Shown: positions 1 through 7,027 of the stretch, piece by piece | How the letters are laid out: each line of letters begins with the position of its first letter | Numbering within the stretch: position 1 is the first letter of the stretch | DNA from: Gallaecimonas sp. GXIMD4217 | GTDB lineage: Bacteria > Pseudomonadota > Gammaproteobacteria > Enterobacterales > Gallaecimonadaceae | Reading direction: 5' to 3' | Length of the DNA: 24,000 nt | Assembly (NCBI RefSeq): GCF_038087665.1 | Contig: NZ_CP149925.1 | Coordinates: 1,712,870 to 1,736,869 of the forward strand | Made by a program: the position numbers and the translations under genes | The notes under the pieces: model-generated | The model's input: only the letters and a program-made list of their open reading frames with translations | Told to the model about the DNA's origin: nothing | The model's database searches: none

Positions 1-1123
1 TGCCGCCAAAGAGCGGCACCAGCAGCGCGGCACTGGCGGTGTTGGAGGCCAGCTCGGTCAGCAGCACCACGAACAGCGCCACCGCCCCCAGCAGCAGCCA
101 TTGCGGGGCGCCGCCAAGGGCCCCGGAAAGGCTTTCGGCCAGGAAGGCGCTGGTGCCGGTTTCCTTGAGCACGGCGCTCAGGGTCAGGCCGCCGCCAAAG
201 AGCAGCAAGACCCCCCAGTCGATGTCGCGCTTGAGGTTGTCCCAGCTCGCCACCCTGGTGGCACCTATGGCCACCACCGCCGCCAGGGCCACCAGGGAAT
301 CGAACTGGGCGATGCCACCCAGCCAGCGGCTCAGGGGGCCGGACAGCATCCAGCCGGCCACGGTCAGCGCGAAGATGGCCAGGGTCATGATGCGCGGTCC
401 CGTCCACTGCAGCCGGCCCTGCTGGTGCCAATCCATCCGCTTGGCAAGCTGGGGCCTGTGCTGCCACCAGAGCACGGCCAGCATCAGCGGCCACAGCAGC
501 GCCACCAGCGGCAACCCCAGTGCCAACCAGTCCAGGAAGCTGAGCTTGAGGTAGGCGGCGGCAATGGCGTTGGGCGGGCTACCCACCAGGGTGCCCATGC
601 CCCCTATGCTGGCGCTGTAGGCCAGGCCCAGCAGGGCGAACACCAGGCTGTTGGCGCCGAGCCTGCCGGCCCTTTGCAGCAGGCCCAGCATCAGCGGCAA
701 CATCATGGCGGCGGTGGCGGTGTTGCTGATCCACATCGACAGCAGTGCCGCGGTCAGCAGCAGCATCAGCACCGCCAGCCAGAGCCGGCCCCCGGCCAGG
801 TGAATAACGGCGTTAGCCATGGCCAGATCCAGGCCCTGGGACTTGAGCGCCGAGGCCAGGGCAAAGCCGCCCAGGAACAGGAACAGCACAGGGTGGGAAA
901 AGGCGGCCAGGGCGGCCTTGACGTCGAAAACGCCCAGCAGCACCGCCAGCAGCGGCACCGCCAGGGCGGTGATCATCACCGGGATCACTTCCGTCATCCA
1001 CAGCGCCGCCACCGCCAGCAGCAGCGACAGGCCCAGGGTGACGGGCCCGGGCCAGGGACCAAACAAGAGCATCAACAGGGCCGCCACCAGGGCCAGGCCG
1101 GCAAGCAACAAGCGCATGAGCAT
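1..1123 (-). CDS. DASS/SLC13-type (ArsB/NhaD superfamily) anion:sodium symporter permease; C-terminal part lies beyond the window start
   Basis: Absent from ORF track because it is edge-truncated. The reverse complement from ATG 1123..1121 reads MLMRLLLAGLALVAALLMLLFGPWPGPVTLGLSLLLAVAALWMTEVIPVMITALAVPLL...LLSMWISNTATAAMMLPLM...GGMGTLVGSPPNAIAAAYL...LLTELASNTASAALLVPLFGG and stays open to position 1. An in-frame TAA at 1132..1130 bounds the start. It is polytopic and hydrophobic, with two SNTA-type motifs typical of DASS permeases. No obvious SD. Confidence 0.8.
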   Translation of the reverse strand, partial: MLMRLLLAGLALVAALLMLLFGPWPGPVTLGLSLLLAVAALWMTEVIPVMITALAVPLLAVLLGVFDVKAALAAFSHPVLFLFLGGFALASALKSQGLDLAMANAVIHLAGGRLWLAVLMLLLTAALLSMWISNTATAAMMLPLMLGLLQRAGRLGANSLVFALLGLAYSASIGGMGTLVGSPPNAIAAAYLKLSFLDWLALGLPLVALLWPLMLAVLWWQHRPQLAKRMDWHQQGRLQWTGPRIMTLAIFALTVAGWMLSGPLSRWLGGIAQFDSLVALAAVVAIGATRVASWDNLKRDIDWGVLLLFGGGLTLSAVLKETGTSAFLAESLSGALGGAPQWLLLGAVALFVVLLTELASNTASAALLVPLFGG

Positions 1124-1218
1124 GGGGTGTTATGGGAGCATTGGCCCCATGGTGACAGAAGCTCGTGCCCGGATCGAGGCCAGGGGTCTTAAGTCCGGCT
1201 TTGCATTTCCATCTCACC

Positions 1219-1230
1219 GTGTTAGAACAC
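1219..1230. promoter_or_regulatory. Candidate GntR/YtrA operator: palindrome GTGTT-AG-AACAC, with an extra AACAC half-site at 1240..1244
   Basis: Perfect 5-bp arms with a 2-bp spacer, 29 nt upstream of the GTG start of the GntR gene, in the divergent region shared with the DASS gene. The GT..AC core fits the general GntR-family operator pattern. No binding data. Confidence 0.3.
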
Positions 1231-1258
1231 TAATACAGCAACACGCAAAGGAGCGATA

Positions 1259-1609
1259 GTGCAGACCCAATGGCAGGCCAACAAGCCCATCTATGAACAG
1301 CTGGTCGAACAGCTGGTGGCAGCCATCCTCGAGGAGCGTATCGCACCTGGCCAGGCCCTACCGTCGGTACGGCAGCTGGCCGGGGACATGCAGGTCAACC
1401 CCCTGACGGTGCAGCGGGCCCTGGCCCAGCTGGCCGAGATGGGCGTGGTGGAAAAGCGCCGCGGCGTCGGCAGCTTCGTCAGCCCCGGCGCCAGGGAGCA
1501 GCTGCTCAACCAGGAAAGGCAACGCTTTCTCGAACAGGAATGGCCGGAGATCCAAAGGCGCATCAAGCGCCTGGATCTGAGCCTGGAACAACTTTTAGCG
1601 AATCAATAA
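1259..1609 (+). CDS. GntR-family transcriptional regulator, YtrA-like short subfamily (116 aa)
   Basis: GTG start preceded by AAGGAG (1248..1253). wHTH signature PSVRQLAGDMQVNPLTVQRALAQLAEMGVVEKRRGVGSFV. Only about 45 aa follow the DNA-binding domain, which is the YtrA architecture. An ABC transporter lies directly downstream. Confidence 0.88.
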   Translation: MQTQWQANKPIYEQLVEQLVAAILEERIAPGQALPSVRQLAGDMQVNPLTVQRALAQLAEMGVVEKRRGVGSFVSPGAREQLLNQERQRFLEQEWPEIQRRIKRLDLSLEQLLANQ

Positions 1610-1619
1610 GGAGTCATGG

Positions 1620-2471
1620 ATGGAGACACTGATCAAACTGCGGGGGATCCGCAAGGGCTATGGCGGCAAGCAGGTGCTGGACGGCCTGGATCTGGACGTG
1701 CAGCGCGGCCAGATCATCGGCCTGGTAGGCGTCAACGGCGCCGGCAAGACCACCCTGCTCAACGCCATACTGGGACTGGCCGCCTGTGACGGCGACATCG
1801 AGGTGCTGGGCCAGGATCCGCGCCGGGACAGGGCCGGGCTGCTCAGGCGGGTCGCCTACATTTCCGACGTGGCCTGCCTGCCCCGCTGGCTGCGGGTGGA
1901 CGAGGTGATCCGCTACACCGCCACCGTGCACCCCAACTTCGACGAAGGGCGTTGCCGGGCCATACTGGCCGGCACCCAGATCCCGGCCAGGGCCAAGATC
2001 AAGCAGCTGTCCAAGGGCATGGTCACCCAGCTGCACCTGGCCCTGGTGATGGCCATAGACGCCGATCTGCTGGTGCTGGACGAGCCGACCCTGGGCCTGG
2101 ATGTGGTCTATCGCCAGGGCTTCTACCAGCGCCTGCTGGAGGACTACTTCGACCACAGCCGCACCATCATCGTCACCACCCACCAGGTGGAGGAGATAGA
2201 GCACATCCTCAGCCATGTGCTGTTCCTCCACGACGGCCGCTTCGTGCTGAGCTCCAGCGTCGACGAGATCCAGGATCATTTCAGCCAGCTCCAGGTGGGG
2301 CCTGCCGAGCTGGCGGCGGCCCGGGAGCTGGGCCCGCTGGCCGAACGGGCCACCATGGCCGGGCACCTGCTCACCTTCGAGCGCAGCCGCGCCGAACTGG
2401 CCGGACTGGGGCAGATCAGCACCCCGTCCCTGGCCGACATCTTCGTTGCCAAGGTAGGGAGGGCCGCCTGA
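1620..2471 (+). CDS. ABC transporter ATP-binding protein
   Basis: Walker A GVNGAGKTT, signature LSKGMVTQ, Walker B LLVLDEPTLGLD, H-loop TTHQVEE. AAGGAG at 1608..1613 lies 6 nt before the ATG. Confidence 0.93.
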   Translation: METLIKLRGIRKGYGGKQVLDGLDLDVQRGQIIGLVGVNGAGKTTLLNAILGLAACDGDIEVLGQDPRRDRAGLLRRVAYISDVACLPRWLRVDEVIRYTATVHPNFDEGRCRAILAGTQIPARAKIKQLSKGMVTQLHLALVMAIDADLLVLDEPTLGLDVVYRQGFYQRLLEDYFDHSRTIIVTTHQVEEIEHILSHVLFLHDGRFVLSSSVDEIQDHFSQLQVGPAELAAARELGPLAERATMAGHLLTFERSRAELAGLGQISTPSLADIFVAKVGRAA

Positions 2472-3283
2472 TGAACGCCTTTATCATGTTGATGCGCAAG
2501 GAACTCTGGGAAAACCGCAAGACGGTGCTGTGGCTGCCCGTGGTGCTGGCCCTGGGCGAGTGGGGCCTGTGGCTGCTGCTGAGCCTGGCCGGCACCGGCG
2601 CCAATGTCCAGGTCGAGGCCAATGCCCCGGCCGGCCAGTTGCTCTACATCCTGGCCCTGCCCTTCTTCTTCACCACCGCCCTGGCGGTGATCACCTACAG
2701 CGGCAACTGCCTGCTGGGGGAACGCAAGGACAGATCCATCCTGTTCTGGCGCTCGCTGCCGGTCAGCGACTGGCAGACCATGGCCGCCAAGGCCCTGGTG
2801 GCCATGGTGCTGATCCCCGGCATCAACTACCTGGCCCTGGTGTTGTTCGAGCTGCCGGTGGCGCTGTTGAGCCCGGATCTGGGCCTGGTGGCGGCCCTCA
2901 AGGTGTGGACCCAGCTGGGCAGTCACCTGCTGTGGCTGTCGCTGCTGATGGCGCCCTTCTACGCCTTCATGATGCTGCTGTCCGCCACCACAGACAGGCC
3001 CCTGGTGTGGATGTTCCTGACGCCGCTGCTGGTGTTCTTTGCCGAGAGCCTGCTGCTGGACGGCCACCCGGTATCCAGCCTGGTGTTCGGTACCCTGGCC
3101 GGCGAGCTGATGATCGTCATGGGCAGCCTGATGAGCCAGAGCGCCTTCAGCCTCGGTGCCAGCTGGCTCGCCAACAGCGCCGTGCTCAGCACCAGCAACG
3201 CCATGCTGGCCGGCCTGGCCGTGGCCCTGATCATCTGGGGGCTCTGCGCCGAGATCCGCAGGCGCAACCTGATCCAGGATTGA
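2471..3283 (+). CDS. ABC-2-like integral membrane permease (270 aa, about 6-7 TM), uncharacterised
   Basis: The ATG at 2471 overlaps the ATPase stop (TGATG), implying translational coupling. The track ORF 1952..3283 has an artefactual N-terminal extension. N-terminus MLMRKELWENRKTV followed by TM1. The motif GERKDRSILFWRSLPVS after TM2 resembles the ExxxGTxExLLxxPxS motif of ABC-2/GldF/NosY-type permeases. Confidence 0.75.
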   Translation: MNAFIMLMRKELWENRKTVLWLPVVLALGEWGLWLLLSLAGTGANVQVEANAPAGQLLYILALPFFFTTALAVITYSGNCLLGERKDRSILFWRSLPVSDWQTMAAKALVAMVLIPGINYLALVLFELPVALLSPDLGLVAALKVWTQLGSHLLWLSLLMAPFYAFMMLLSATTDRPLVWMFLTPLLVFFAESLLLDGHPVSSLVFGTLAGELMIVMGSLMSQSAFSLGASWLANSAVLSTSNAMLAGLAVALIIWGLCAEIRRRNLIQD

Positions 3284-3288
3284 TAGCC

Positions 3289-3318
3289 AAGGCCGCCCCC
3301 GGGGCGGCCTTTTTATTT
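3289..3318 (+). terminator. Rho-independent terminator of the GntR-ABC operon
   Basis: AAGGCCGCC CCCGGG GGCGGCCTT stem followed by TTTTTATTT, 6 nt after the TGA. Confidence 0.8.
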
Positions 3319-3363
3319 ACCGCCGTGCTAGACTGGCCGGCCACGCCCTTACCCTGCCCTGCC

Positions 3364-3585
3364 ATGTACGACAAATCCCAACTGCTGAAACTGGCCCGCA
3401 TGCCCATGCCCTTTGGCAAGTACCAGGGCCGGGTGCTTATCGACCTGCCAGAAGAATACCTGCTGTGGTTTGCCAACAAGGGCTTTCCACAGGGCGAACT
3501 GGGCCAGCTGCTGCAGCTGGCGCTGGTGATCCGCATCGAAGGGCTGGAGCAGCTGATCCGGCCACTGAAGGGCCCCCGCATATAA
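3364..3585 (+). CDS. DUF3820 family protein (73 aa; Pfam name putative quorum-sensing-regulated virulence factor)
   Basis: MYDKSQLLKLARMPMPFGKYQGRVLIDLPEEYLLWFANKGFPQGELGQLLQLALVIRIEGLEQLI matches the conserved MPFGKY.G..L.DLPE.YL.WF...GFP.G.LG core as I recall it. It sits inside the spurious long ORF 2530..3585. Confidence 0.8.
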   Translation: MYDKSQLLKLARMPMPFGKYQGRVLIDLPEEYLLWFANKGFPQGELGQLLQLALVIRIEGLEQLIRPLKGPRI

Positions 3586-3616
3586 TAAAGGCCGGCAAAT
3601 GCCGGCCTTTTCTTTA
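3586..3616. terminator. Bidirectional rho-independent terminator (DUF3820 gene / E2 gene)
   Basis: AAGGCCGGC AAAT GCCGGCCTT hairpin flanked by an A-run on the left and TTTTCTTT on the right, between convergent stops at 3585 and 3625. Confidence 0.85.
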
Positions 3617-3624
3617 CAGCAGCC

Positions 3625-4743
3625 TTACAGCTTGGGCTTGGCCAGGGACGCCTTCAGGGCCTTGAGGAAGCGAGCCGCCTCGCCGCCGGTACAGGCCTGG
3701 TGGTCCATGGTCACCGACAGCGGCAGCATGCGCTTGGCCACCGGCTTACCGTCCTTCATCACCACGGTATCGTAGCTGCGACCGGCGCCGATGATGGCGA
3801 CCTGGGGCGGCGTGATGATGGGGTTGGCGTAACGGCCGGCGATGGCGCCGAAGTTGGACAGGGTGATGGTGGCGCCCTTGAGCTCGTCCTGGGGCACGCG
3901 GCGCTCCTTGACATCGGCGATCATCTTGTCCAGGCCGTCGCGCAGGCTCTGGTCGTCGCGGTTGGCCACGTCACGCAGCACCGGCACGTACAGGCCGTGC
4001 CTGGAGTCCACGGCGATGCCGAGATCGACGTTGTCGAACAGGCGGCGGCTGGCGGTGCCCATGTCGAAGTGGGCGTTCAGGCTTGGCTCGGCGGCGCAGG
4101 CCTCGGCCACGGCGCGGATCAGGCGCACGGTGGGATCCTGGCCTTCGGCCCAGTCGCTGATGTCGGCATCATCGGCCAGGGTCACCGGCACGCAGGTGTC
4201 GTTTGAATGGCGCATGGCATCGGCCATGGCCTTGCGGGCACCCTTGATGATCTCGTTCTTGGACAGGCTGTCGTCGGCCTCGAAGGCCTTCTGCACGTCG
4301 GCATCCACCACCACGCCGTTGGCGCCGGTGCCGGTCAGCTCTTCGATGTCCACGCCCAGCTTCTTGGCCAGCAGGCGGGTGGCCGGCAGGGCCTGGACCT
4401 TGGAGCCCGCCACCGGAGCCATGGTGTTGCCGGCGAAGAAGCTGTCGTCGCCACCGGCCACGGCGCCGTGGCTGTCGACCTTGCCGACCACGGTGCCGGA
4501 GTCTTCTTCCTGGCCTTCGAAGCCCACCAGGGGCTCGCCGGTGTGAATGACGTCGCCGGCATCGCCGAACAGCTTCTCGATCTTGCCCTTGATGGGCGAC
4601 GGTACGTCCACTATGGCCTTGGCGGTTTCCATGGAGGCCAGCACCTGGTCCACTTCCACTTCGTCACCGACCTTGACGTGCCATTCGACGATTTCCGCTT
4701 CCGGCAGGCCTTCACCTAGATCGGGCAGTTTGAAATATTTCAT
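3625..4743 (-). CDS. 2-oxo-acid dehydrogenase E2 (dihydrolipoamide acyltransferase), compact 372-aa form
   Basis: True start is MKYFKLPDLGEG (ATG 4743), overlapping the E1-beta stop as ATGA; the track start at 4953 is an artefactual extension. It has a lipoyl domain with METAKA (K42), a subunit-binding domain ALPATRLLAKKLGVDIEELTGTG, and a catalytic domain ending MDHQACTGGEAARFLKAL. Confidence 0.92.
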   Translation of the reverse strand: MKYFKLPDLGEGLPEAEIVEWHVKVGDEVEVDQVLASMETAKAIVDVPSPIKGKIEKLFGDAGDVIHTGEPLVGFEGQEEDSGTVVGKVDSHGAVAGGDDSFFAGNTMAPVAGSKVQALPATRLLAKKLGVDIEELTGTGANGVVVDADVQKAFEADDSLSKNEIIKGARKAMADAMRHSNDTCVPVTLADDADISDWAEGQDPTVRLIRAVAEACAAEPSLNAHFDMGTASRRLFDNVDLGIAVDSRHGLYVPVLRDVANRDDQSLRDGLDKMIADVKERRVPQDELKGATITLSNFGAIAGRYANPIITPPQVAIIGAGRSYDTVVMKDGKPVAKRMLPLSVTMDHQACTGGEAARFLKALKASLAKPKL

Positions 4744-5723
4744 GCGCTGCACTCCATGACTTTTTGGACTCCCTCGATGATGTCCTCGGGTTGGATCATG
4801 TAGTAATTCTCGTTCTTGTAATACGGCATGGTGGTGTCGAAGCCACCGACGCGGCCGATGGGGGCCTTGAGATCCCACAGGGCCTTCTCGGCCACCTGGG
4901 CGGCGATCTCGGCGCCGACACCGAAGCTGCGGCACGCCTCGTGGACGATGCACAGGCGGCCGGTCTTGCGAACGGAATTGAGAATAGTGTCGATATCCAG
5001 GGGCTTGATGGTGGCCAGATCGATGACCTCGGCCTTGATGCCCTGCTCCGCCAGGCGATCGGCGGCGATCAGCGTCTCGTTGACGCTGGCGCCCCAGCTC
5101 ACCAGGGTGATATCGGTGCCTTCGCGGAGGATAAAGGCCACGTCCAGGGGCAGGGCCTGGCCGTTGTCTTCCACCTCGTGCTTGACGGTACGGTAGATGC
5201 GCTTGGGCTCGAAGAAGAGCACGGGGTCATTGCTGCGGATGGCCGCCAGCAGCAGGCCGTAGGCACGGGCCGGGCTGGAGGGGATCACCACCCGCAGGCC
5301 GGGCACATGGGCGAAGATGGCTTCGACGCTTTCGCTGTGGTGCTCCGGGGCATGGATACCGCCACCGAAGGGGGCGCGGTACACCAGCGGCAGGGTGATG
5401 CGGCCGCGGGTGCGGTTACGCATGCGGGCCGCCTGGCAGATGATCTGCTCCATGGCCGGGAAGATGAAGCCCTGGAACTGGAACTCGGCCACCGGGCGCA
5501 GGCCCTGGGAGGCCATGCCCACGGTCAGGCCGCCGATCAGGCCTTCGGCCAGGGGCGTGTCCATGACACGCTTGAAGCCGAATTCTTCCTTCAGGCCCAC
5601 GGTGGCGCGGAACACGCCGCCGTTGGTGCCGATATCTTCACCGAGGCAGACCACGTTTTCGTCGCGGGCCATCTCATGGTGCAAGGCCATGTTGACCGCT
5701 TCGATAAGTGCAACCTTAGCCAT
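4740..5723 (-). CDS. 2-oxo-acid dehydrogenase E1 component beta subunit (BCKDH/PDH heterotetrameric type)
   Basis: MAKVALIEAVNMALHHEMARDENVVCLGEDIGTNGGVFRATVGLKEEFGFKRVMDTPLAE is the classical transketolase-like E1-beta N-terminus. An AGGAGG SD lies inside the end of E1-alpha, and the two genes overlap by 8 nt. Confidence 0.95.
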   Translation of the reverse strand: MAKVALIEAVNMALHHEMARDENVVCLGEDIGTNGGVFRATVGLKEEFGFKRVMDTPLAEGLIGGLTVGMASQGLRPVAEFQFQGFIFPAMEQIICQAARMRNRTRGRITLPLVYRAPFGGGIHAPEHHSESVEAIFAHVPGLRVVIPSSPARAYGLLLAAIRSNDPVLFFEPKRIYRTVKHEVEDNGQALPLDVAFILREGTDITLVSWGASVNETLIAADRLAEQGIKAEVIDLATIKPLDIDTILNSVRKTGRLCIVHEACRSFGVGAEIAAQVAEKALWDLKAPIGRVGGFDTTMPYYKNENYYMIQPEDIIEGVQKVMECSA

Positions 5724-6822
5724 GGGACTGACCTCCTTCCATGCGCATTGCCTTCTTGATCAGCTCTTCCCGCTGGCTGGCCAGGGGCTCCACCAGTTGC
5801 TCGAAGTGGTGATCCATCATGGACTCGGGCGGCTCCTTGGGGTGGTTCAGGTACTGCTGTACCGCCTCTTCCACCTTGGCGTTGCACTCCGCCTGCAGGG
5901 CCTGCTCCTTGTCCTCGTTCCAGACGCCGGCGTTGTGCAGGTAGTTGCGCAGGCGCTTGACCGGCTCGCGCTTCCAGGCCGCGTTCACTTCCTCGGAGCC
6001 ACGGTAGCGGGTGGCGTCGTCGGCGGTGGTGTGGTCGGAAAGGCGATAGGACACCGCCTCGATCAGGGTGGCGCCCTTGCCGGCGCGGGCCCGGTTCAGG
6101 GCGGTCAGCATGGCGTCGTAGACGGCGATGATGTCGTTGCCGTCCACCTGCACGCCGGGAATGCCGGCACCTATGGCCTTCTGGGCCAGGGTCGGGGCGC
6201 CACACTGGATGGCACGCGGCACCGAGATGGCCCACTGGTTGTTGTTGATCACGAAGATGCAGGGCAGCTGCCAGGCACCGGCGCAGTTGATGGCTTCCAG
6301 GAAGTCGCCCTTGGAGGTGCCACCGTCACCTATGGCGGTGACCGCCACCCGCTTCTCACCGCGCAGCTTGAACGCCGAGGCCACGCCGGTGGCGTGGGTG
6401 CACTGGGTGGCGATGGGTACACAGATGGGGAAGTCTTCGGAAAGCTTCCCGTCCGGGCGGTGGAAATAACTGCCCTGCTCGGTGCCGCCCCAGTACAGCA
6501 TGTTGTGCACCATGGTGGCGCCACGCATGTACATGGTGGGCATGTCGCGGTAGTAAGGCACGTAGACGTCTTCGACGTCCATGGCCGCACCCACGCCGAT
6601 GCCGATGGCTTCCGCGCCCAGGTGCGACGGGTAGGTCCCCATCTGGCCGGTACGCTGCAGGGCGATGGCTTTCTTGTCATAGGTGCGAACCAGCACCATA
6701 TGGCGGTAAAACTCGACCAACAGATCCAGGTTGTCTGCCCAGGCAGGCAGGGGCTGGACCACATTACCCTCTTCATCCAGGTACTGGAGTTGGGTAATGG
6801 TTGACTTTGACGTAAAGGTCAT
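5716..6822 (-). CDS. 2-oxo-acid dehydrogenase E1 component alpha subunit, TPP-dependent (BCKDH-like)
   Basis: TPP-binding motif GDGGTSKGDFLEAINCAGAWQLPCIFVINNNQWAIS. SD AAGGTGAAGG lies upstream of ATG 6822. It is the first gene of the E1a-E1b-E2 operon. The substrate cannot be assigned from sequence alone. Confidence 0.93.
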   Translation of the reverse strand: MTFTSKSTITQLQYLDEEGNVVQPLPAWADNLDLLVEFYRHMVLVRTYDKKAIALQRTGQMGTYPSHLGAEAIGIGVGAAMDVEDVYVPYYRDMPTMYMRGATMVHNMLYWGGTEQGSYFHRPDGKLSEDFPICVPIATQCTHATGVASAFKLRGEKRVAVTAIGDGGTSKGDFLEAINCAGAWQLPCIFVINNNQWAISVPRAIQCGAPTLAQKAIGAGIPGVQVDGNDIIAVYDAMLTALNRARAGKGATLIEAVSYRLSDHTTADDATRYRGSEEVNAAWKREPVKRLRNYLHNAGVWNEDKEQALQAECNAKVEEAVQQYLNHPKEPPESMMDHHFEQLVEPLASQREELIKKAMRMEGGQSHG

Positions 6823-6885
6823 ACCTTCACCTTTGTTAGCTGGGATCCCTGTCCCGGGATCTCTCCCCCGTTTATTGACTGCCCG

Positions 6886-6924
6886 ACTTTACCTTTACGT
6901 AAACGTATCTTCAACTGTGAAGAT
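6886..6924 (-). promoter_or_regulatory. Candidate sigma70 promoter of the 2-oxo-acid dehydrogenase operon (TTGAAG-17-TAAAGT) with embedded palindromes
   Basis: Read on the minus strand: -35 TTGAAG (6914..6909), 17-nt spacer, -10 TAAAGT (6891..6886). The spacer contains the perfect 10-bp palindrome TTTACGTAAA (6894..6903). ATCTTCA-ACTG-TGAAGAT (6907..6924) overlaps the -35. By-eye call only. Confidence 0.3.
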
Positions 6925-7027
6925 AAGGTTATCAGACCAGCCCCTTGTGGTTGTGCCGTGCTGCATGGCGCCTTCCCTGGCACGGTGGCGACCCCGGCAT
7001 CCTGCCCCTGAGCCCCCGTATGGCGGG

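Noticed and set aside
101-1192. Long plus-strand ORF (363 aa), plus similar long ORFs antisense to real genes: 3700..4206, 4764..5759, 5317..6804, 8167..9816, 10338..11072, 11092..12162, 13458..15614, 15746..17383, 17516..18691, 18436..19554, 19570..20733, 20850..21959 and 21535..23022.
   Set aside because: All are antisense or out of frame to genes with strong family signatures. Their translations are Arg/Gly/Pro/His/Gln-rich low-complexity strings with no motifs. This is the expected result of stop-codon depletion in GC-rich DNA.
1952-3283. Track ORFs with long N-terminal extensions: 1952..3283 (443 aa), 2530..3585 (351 aa) and 3625..4953 (442 aa).
   Set aside because: The extensions run through the upstream gene in another frame and are Pro/Arg/Gly-rich. 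The conserved protein begins at an internal ATG with a coupling or SD context (2471, 3364 and 4743 respectively).
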